64,000 nucleotides of DNA, taken from sequence record SRR31156797_707, one strand, 5' to 3'. Below the pieces are notes generated by a model. It did no database searches, had not been told where the DNA came from, and was given only the letters and a program-made list of their open reading frames with translations. The translations under genes and the position numbers were made by a program. This document shows positions 59,757 to 64,000 of this stretch, piece after piece. Positions within the stretch are counted from its first letter, which is position 1. Each line of letters opens with the position of its first letter.

Positions 59757-61337
59757 CTAAACGATTTCTGGAACGTCCCAGTTATCGATCTTCATTGTGC
59801 CGTTTTTAGCAAGGTTAAGCTGCATTTTGAAGCATCTGTCGAAGAGCTGTGGTTCGTGACCAACACCTTTTTCGATACAAATCTTAGTAGAAATATCGAG
59901 GTATTCCTGCATGATGTCTTTGTAATCAGGGTGTACACACTGGTTAATGATTGTCTGAGCTCTATCTTTTGGAGCAAGTCCTCTAAGGTCAGCAAGACCT
60001 TGATCAGTAACTACTACGTCGAGGTCGTGCTCTGTATGGTCGATGTGTGGAGCCTTTGGAACTACGCATGTGATACCTGTTGGGTCTGTCTTTGTAGGAC
60101 GAGCAGATGGACAATGCATAATCTTAAGGAAACCGTTTCTGAGGAAGTCACCAGAACCACCAAGACCGTTGATCATTCTTGTACCGCCAACGAGTGTTGA
60201 GTTAGCGTGAGCGTACATATCGATTTCAACTGGTGTGTTCATAGCGATACAACCGAGACGACGGATCGGCTCTGGAGCGTTAGAAACTGAGAGTGGACGA
60301 AGAGTAATCTTGTCAGCATACTTATCCCAGTTTTTGAAGAATCTTGGGAAACCAGGATCTTCAGAGAGTGAAAGTGAGCAAGATGACGCAGCATCAAGCT
60401 TACCGGAATCGAAGAGGTCAAGCATAGTATCCTGAAGAACTTCTGTAAAAACAGTAAGGTTCTTGAAAGGACCTTTAGCGAGTCCACCAACAACAGCGTT
60501 AGCGATTGAACCAACACCAGACTGAAGCGGGAGAAGGTTCTCAGGGAGACGACCAGCTTTAACTTCATCAGAGAAGAACTGGATAATGTGTCCAGCAATA
60601 GCTTCAGAAGTAGCGTCGATATCTGTGAAAGCTCTACCTTTATCAAGTCTCTTAGACTCAACAACAGCGATAACTTTGCTAGGGTCGCAAGCGATAGATG
60701 TAGAACCGATTCTGCTGTCAGCTTTAGTAATATCGAATACCTGACGGTTAGGAGGTGTTCCCGGTGTGATAAGGTCGTGCATTCCTTCGAATGACGGCTG
60801 ACCTGTGTTAACCTCAAGGATTACTTTATCGCAAACCATAAGGATTTCAGGGATAACACCACAAGAAGATGTAGGCACAAGGCTTCCGTCTTCTTTAACA
60901 GCAGAAACTTCTATGATAGCGAGGTCAAGCTTGCCTGACTCTGTATCTTTTGTGTAGAATCCATATCCAAGGTCCTGAGCGAAAAGAGAAAGGTGTTTAT
61001 CACCCATTCTGATTCTACCAGCGTTGATACCTTTAGCGATGTTTTTACCAGTCTGGTAAGGCCATCTTCTGTCGATCATATCAAGTGTAGCCCATCTGTC
61101 TTCAGTCTCAGCACCAACGGATGCACCGATGAAAAGGTTGAACTTCATTTTACCTTGAAGGCCGTTAGCTTCCACGTAATCAGCAAGTGCGATAGGCACT
61201 TCTTTCGGGTAACCAGCAGGTGTAAAACCTGACCAGCCAAGGTTCATTCCATCTTTGAAAAACTGGATAGTCTCTTCAGCTTTCATTACTTTCTTGAGTA
61301 GGCTTTTACATTCCACTCGGGTCTCAAGTTCAGACAT
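59757..61337 (-). CDS. Succinyl-CoA:acetate CoA-transferase (acetyl-CoA hydrolase/transferase family)
   Basis: SGFTPAGYPK, DKHLS, LQSGVGSIANAV, GLGGSGDF, HTEHD and GHEP motifs. Confidence 0.93.
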   Translation of the reverse strand: MSELETRVECKSLLKKVMKAEETIQFFKDGMNLGWSGFTPAGYPKEVPIALADYVEANGLQGKMKFNLFIGASVGAETEDRWATLDMIDRRWPYQTGKNIAKGINAGRIRMGDKHLSLFAQDLGYGFYTKDTESGKLDLAIIEVSAVKEDGSLVPTSSCGVIPEILMVCDKVILEVNTGQPSFEGMHDLITPGTPPNRQVFDITKADSRIGSTSIACDPSKVIAVVESKRLDKGRAFTDIDATSEAIAGHIIQFFSDEVKAGRLPENLLPLQSGVGSIANAVVGGLAKGPFKNLTVFTEVLQDTMLDLFDSGKLDAASSCSLSLSEDPGFPRFFKNWDKYADKITLRPLSVSNAPEPIRRLGCIAMNTPVEIDMYAHANSTLVGGTRMINGLGGSGDFLRNGFLKIMHCPSARPTKTDPTGITCVVPKAPHIDHTEHDLDVVVTDQGLADLRGLAPKDRAQTIINQCVHPDYKDIMQEYLDISTKICIEKGVGHEPQLFDRCFKMQLNLAKNGTMKIDNWDVPEIV

Positions 61338-61411
61338 ATAGATCCTCCATATTAAGGTTAGTTTAATTCATAAAAACATTTATCAACCAAGTGCTTAAAG
61401 CACATTAATTG

Positions 61412-62194
61412 CTATTTTCTACTTATTTTGAAAGCGCTTTGTGCATCAGCAAGGCTAGGCACTTTCTCTCTTACATCTGCGACAATTTTCTTATCAACCA
61501 CGCAGGATAATATACTTTCACCATCTAAAGGCTCAAATAGAGCCTCCCCCCATGGGTTAAAAGCTATACTATAACCACAAGCCATCTCTTTCTTTGTAGT
61601 GTGCATAACACTACAGTTACAACCAACAACATATAGCTGATTTTCAATGGCTCTGGCTCTTGTTAAAGTCATCCAGTGCTCTTTTTTCATCTCAGGCCAA
61701 ACCGCAGGAATAGTTATTAAATCAGCTCCGGCAGCAGTTGTGAGCCTAAAAAGCTCTGGAAATCTGATCTCATAGCAGAGGAGCACCCCAACTTTGAGAC
61801 CTTTAAAATCCACAACACAGATATCGCTACCTGTATCAAAGTGCTTATCTTCACCAGTAGGGGAAAATAAGAAATTTTTTCTATATTTACCTATCACACC
61901 ATCTTTAGTAACGGCATAAACAGTATTAAAAACCTTGTTTGGATTTTTCTCAGGGTGGGTTGTAATAACCAGTGTATCAGGATTAATGATACTCTGTATT
62001 TCAGATAAAACTTCATCCGTACGCTCAGCATACCCGTGAAGGTTTTTATAGTCAAACCCGCAGCCCCACATCTCAGGAAGTATCATAATAGTATCTTGTT
62101 CATCAGAATGTTGCGCTATAGCGTCAAGGAACATTTTCTTATTCCTTTCGAAATCAGAGAGCACAACAGGAAGCTGAAAAGAAACAATATTCAT
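61412..62194 (-). CDS. Carbon-nitrogen hydrolase (nitrilase family)
   Basis: LPE, YRK and CYEIRFPE catalytic triad motifs; RARAIEN; start reassigned to the ATG after GAGGAG. Confidence 0.92.
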   Translation of the reverse strand: MNIVSFQLPVVLSDFERNKKMFLDAIAQHSDEQDTIMILPEMWGCGFDYKNLHGYAERTDEVLSEIQSIINPDTLVITTHPEKNPNKVFNTVYAVTKDGVIGKYRKNFLFSPTGEDKHFDTGSDICVVDFKGLKVGVLLCYEIRFPELFRLTTAAGADLITIPAVWPEMKKEHWMTLTRARAIENQLYVVGCNCSVMHTTKKEMACGYSIAFNPWGEALFEPLDGESILSCVVDKKIVADVREKVPSLADAQSAFKISRK

Positions 62195-62217
62195 GCCTAC
62201 TCCTCTAAACGACACGA

Positions 62218-62246
62218 ATTTTAAAACATAATTTCTGTTGTGTCAA
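62218..62246 (-). promoter_or_regulatory. Sigma70 promoter for the nitrilase gene
   Basis: TTGACA-N17-TAAAAT. Confidence 0.7.
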
Positions 62247-62275
62247 GATGCTAAATAATTGTAAAGGGGGGCATG

Positions 62276-62329
62276 AAAAAAAGAGCACCACCAAAACCCT
62301 TATACAATAAAGGTTTCGAAGATGCTCTT
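62276..62329 (-). terminator. Long-stem terminator after the radical SAM gene
   Basis: 22-bp stem with G-U pairs and one mismatch, 3-nt loop, followed by a T run on the minus strand. Confidence 0.75.
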
Positions 62330-62362
62330 GTTTATAGAACAGTGATAAAAAGTTAAATATTT

Positions 62363-63430
62363 TTACCCTTTGTAATTCTCAGGTATGTACTCACAGAAAG
62401 GTTCTTCAGCCATGTAATTTCCAGTTACAGCGTATGATCTGGCACGACAGCCGCCACAGACACCCAGATGTTTACAGGGGCCGCATTTGCCCTCATACTC
62501 TCTGAAGTTTCTCATATCTTTAAATAATTCGGAAGTTTCCCATATCTCTTTAAGCGGTTTTTCGAAAACGTTCCCGCCGTTTACCGGGAAATATGAGCAA
62601 GGGAGAACATCACCATTAGAGTTAACAAGAGCGATTGTCTGCCCTGCTATGCACCCTTTCCCTCCGCCTGTGGAGAAAGTGAGGCTTCTGCGGTCTTTAT
62701 CCTTACCTTCAGCCTTGCTCCGCTCGTTCCATATTCTGTAGTATTGCGGTGCACAGGTCGGACGAACTAAAATCTCTTCCTCTTCACGCTCCATATCATA
62801 ATGCCAGTTAAGTATCTCTTCGTAATCTTCCTTACTGATAAGCTCATCTAAAAGGTCTTCCCCACGACCGGTAGGAACTATGAGGAACATATACCATGCC
62901 GTCGGGTTAAGTGATTTAGCTAGTTTGTATGTCGCCATAATGTCGTGCTGATTACGCTTAGCAAAGGACGAGTTAATTATAAATTTTATCCCGTGTTTTT
63001 TAAAGAGCGCAGCAGCCTCCATTACAGACTGGAAAGATCCTTCCTGCTGGCGGAAATCGTCGTGTATCTCCGGTGTTGAACCATCGAGGCTTAACGAGCA
63101 AATCCTTATCCCTGATGCTAACATCTTCTTACAGACTTCATCAGTAACGAGAGAGCCGTTTGTAGCCATAGCCATGCGTAAGCCTTTAGATGTCCCATAG
63201 CTTGCAATATCGAATATATCCTCTCTCATAAGCGGTTCTCCGCCTGTGAGCACTATTACAGGGTTAGCGAAATCAACAAGATCATCTATAAATTTTTTAG
63301 ATTTTTCGAGAGTAAATTTTCCAACAGCGGAGTGGATTCCGGAGGATGAGCGGCAGTGAACGCACTTCAGGTTGCATTTAGACGTAATTTCCCACGCCAT
63401 CCATTTTAAATCCCATTGTTTATCAGACAT
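62363..63430 (-). CDS. Radical SAM/SPASM protein, AhbD/NirJ-like (heme biosynthesis)
   Basis: [19 protein letters not shown] and TCAPQYYR motifs; SPASM CGPC...CGGCRAR. Confidence 0.85.
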   Translation of the reverse strand: MSDKQWDLKWMAWEITSKCNLKCVHCRSSSGIHSAVGKFTLEKSKKFIDDLVDFANPVIVLTGGEPLMREDIFDIASYGTSKGLRMAMATNGSLVTDEVCKKMLASGIRICSLSLDGSTPEIHDDFRQQEGSFQSVMEAAALFKKHGIKFIINSSFAKRNQHDIMATYKLAKSLNPTAWYMFLIVPTGRGEDLLDELISKEDYEEILNWHYDMEREEEEILVRPTCAPQYYRIWNERSKAEGKDKDRRSLTFSTGGGKGCIAGQTIALVNSNGDVLPCSYFPVNGGNVFEKPLKEIWETSELFKDMRNFREYEGKCGPCKHLGVCGGCRARSYAVTGNYMAEEPFCEYIPENYKG

Positions 63431-63584
63431 ATCTTACTCCATTTGAATATTATATATACATTAACAGTATAGATGTTTTTTTCAATATCAAATAAACTCA
63501 ATAAACTGTAAAGATTCTAAACAATCTTTGATATACAAAAAAATAATGATATTATATAACAACAAATTATTCATTAGGTTATAT

Positions 63585-64000
63585 ATGAAAGAACTTATTT
63601 CAGCCATTGCGGAAGAGTTTTACAGCGAGATAGTACAGAATCACTACTTCTCAGCTTTTTTTATGGGAAAAGACTATAACTTTATAAAAAAGCATATGAA
63701 AGACTTTATGCATGACCAGCTCACATGCGAACCGGAAGATATCAATTTCCAAAAATCATATAAATTAGGGGTAAAGCACGCCAAAATCGGTGTTCCTCTT
63801 AATAATATTTTAAACTTTATCGATTACTATCAGACAAGCATTTATGAATACTGCGAAAATGACGGAAACGGATGTTCTGACATTAAACTCGGAAATATCG
63901 CTCATATTAAAAACTGGTTCGCCAAAGGTTATCTACATGAATCAGTAAGCAGGACAGATATGATGTCTGTTCCCCTCTTCTCTGTCCTTTCCACCACTAA
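63585..64000 (+). CDS. Protein with an N-terminal globin (protoglobin-like) sensor domain, partial
   Basis: Not in the ORF track because it is open at the right edge. It reads MKELISAIAEEFYSEIVQNHYFSAFF...KLGVKHAKIGVP, with the FY and LG..H..IGV globin-like motifs. Confidence 0.7.
   Translation, partial: MKELISAIAEEFYSEIVQNHYFSAFFMGKDYNFIKKHMKDFMHDQLTCEPEDINFQKSYKLGVKHAKIGVPLNNILNFIDYYQTSIYEYCENDGNGCSDIKLGNIAHIKNWFAKGYLHESVSRTDMMSVPLFSVLSTT

Noticed and set aside
60239..60817. 192-aa same-strand alternative-frame ORF inside the CoA-transferase
   Set aside because: Leu/Ser-rich product expected from strong codon bias in the real gene
1..64000. tRNA, rRNA, riboswitch, IS, prophage or defence genes
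   Set aside because: None recognisable by eye in intergenic regions or ORFs; tRNAscan-SE and Rfam scans would be needed to exclude them formally

Overview
Bacterial chromosomal window that is mostly core genome. The organism is an anaerobic or microaerobic diderm, with LPS transport, RpoN, IorAB, class I Hcp and an acetate CoA-transferase; gene content and order suggest Deferribacterota or a deltaproteobacterium-like lineage (inference). Left: LOG-PHP-YfgM-like-iorAB-PHP-rimP, then a separate promoter and attenuator before nusA-ylxR-infB (partial). Next come a MarR-RND-TolC efflux operon and an AT-rich orphan membrane gene. The centre is a 36.6 kb run of 43 tightly packed minus-strand genes from a DinG helicase to pilT, including ftsH, cdaA-cdaR-glmM, kds/lpt genes, rpoN, a complete but divergent mannose-class PTS with HprK/RapZ/PtsN, pgsA/plsY, the rib genes, nusB, tldD, yhaM and aroE. 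Right: HtrA, a secreted beta-propeller-like protein, hcp with an FNR-type box, a diguanylate cyclase, LysE, a succinyl-CoA:acetate CoA-transferase, a nitrilase, an AhbD-like radical SAM enzyme and a partial globin-like sensor. I saw no rRNA, tRNA, CRISPR array, integrase or transposase. No clearly new system is demonstrable from sequence alone. The best leads are the atypical PTS with CxxC motifs in IIA and IIB, a rimP-leader-like attenuator sitting in front of nusA, three apparent leaderless genes, a Cys-rich RibD tail and the orphan gene overlapping pilT.
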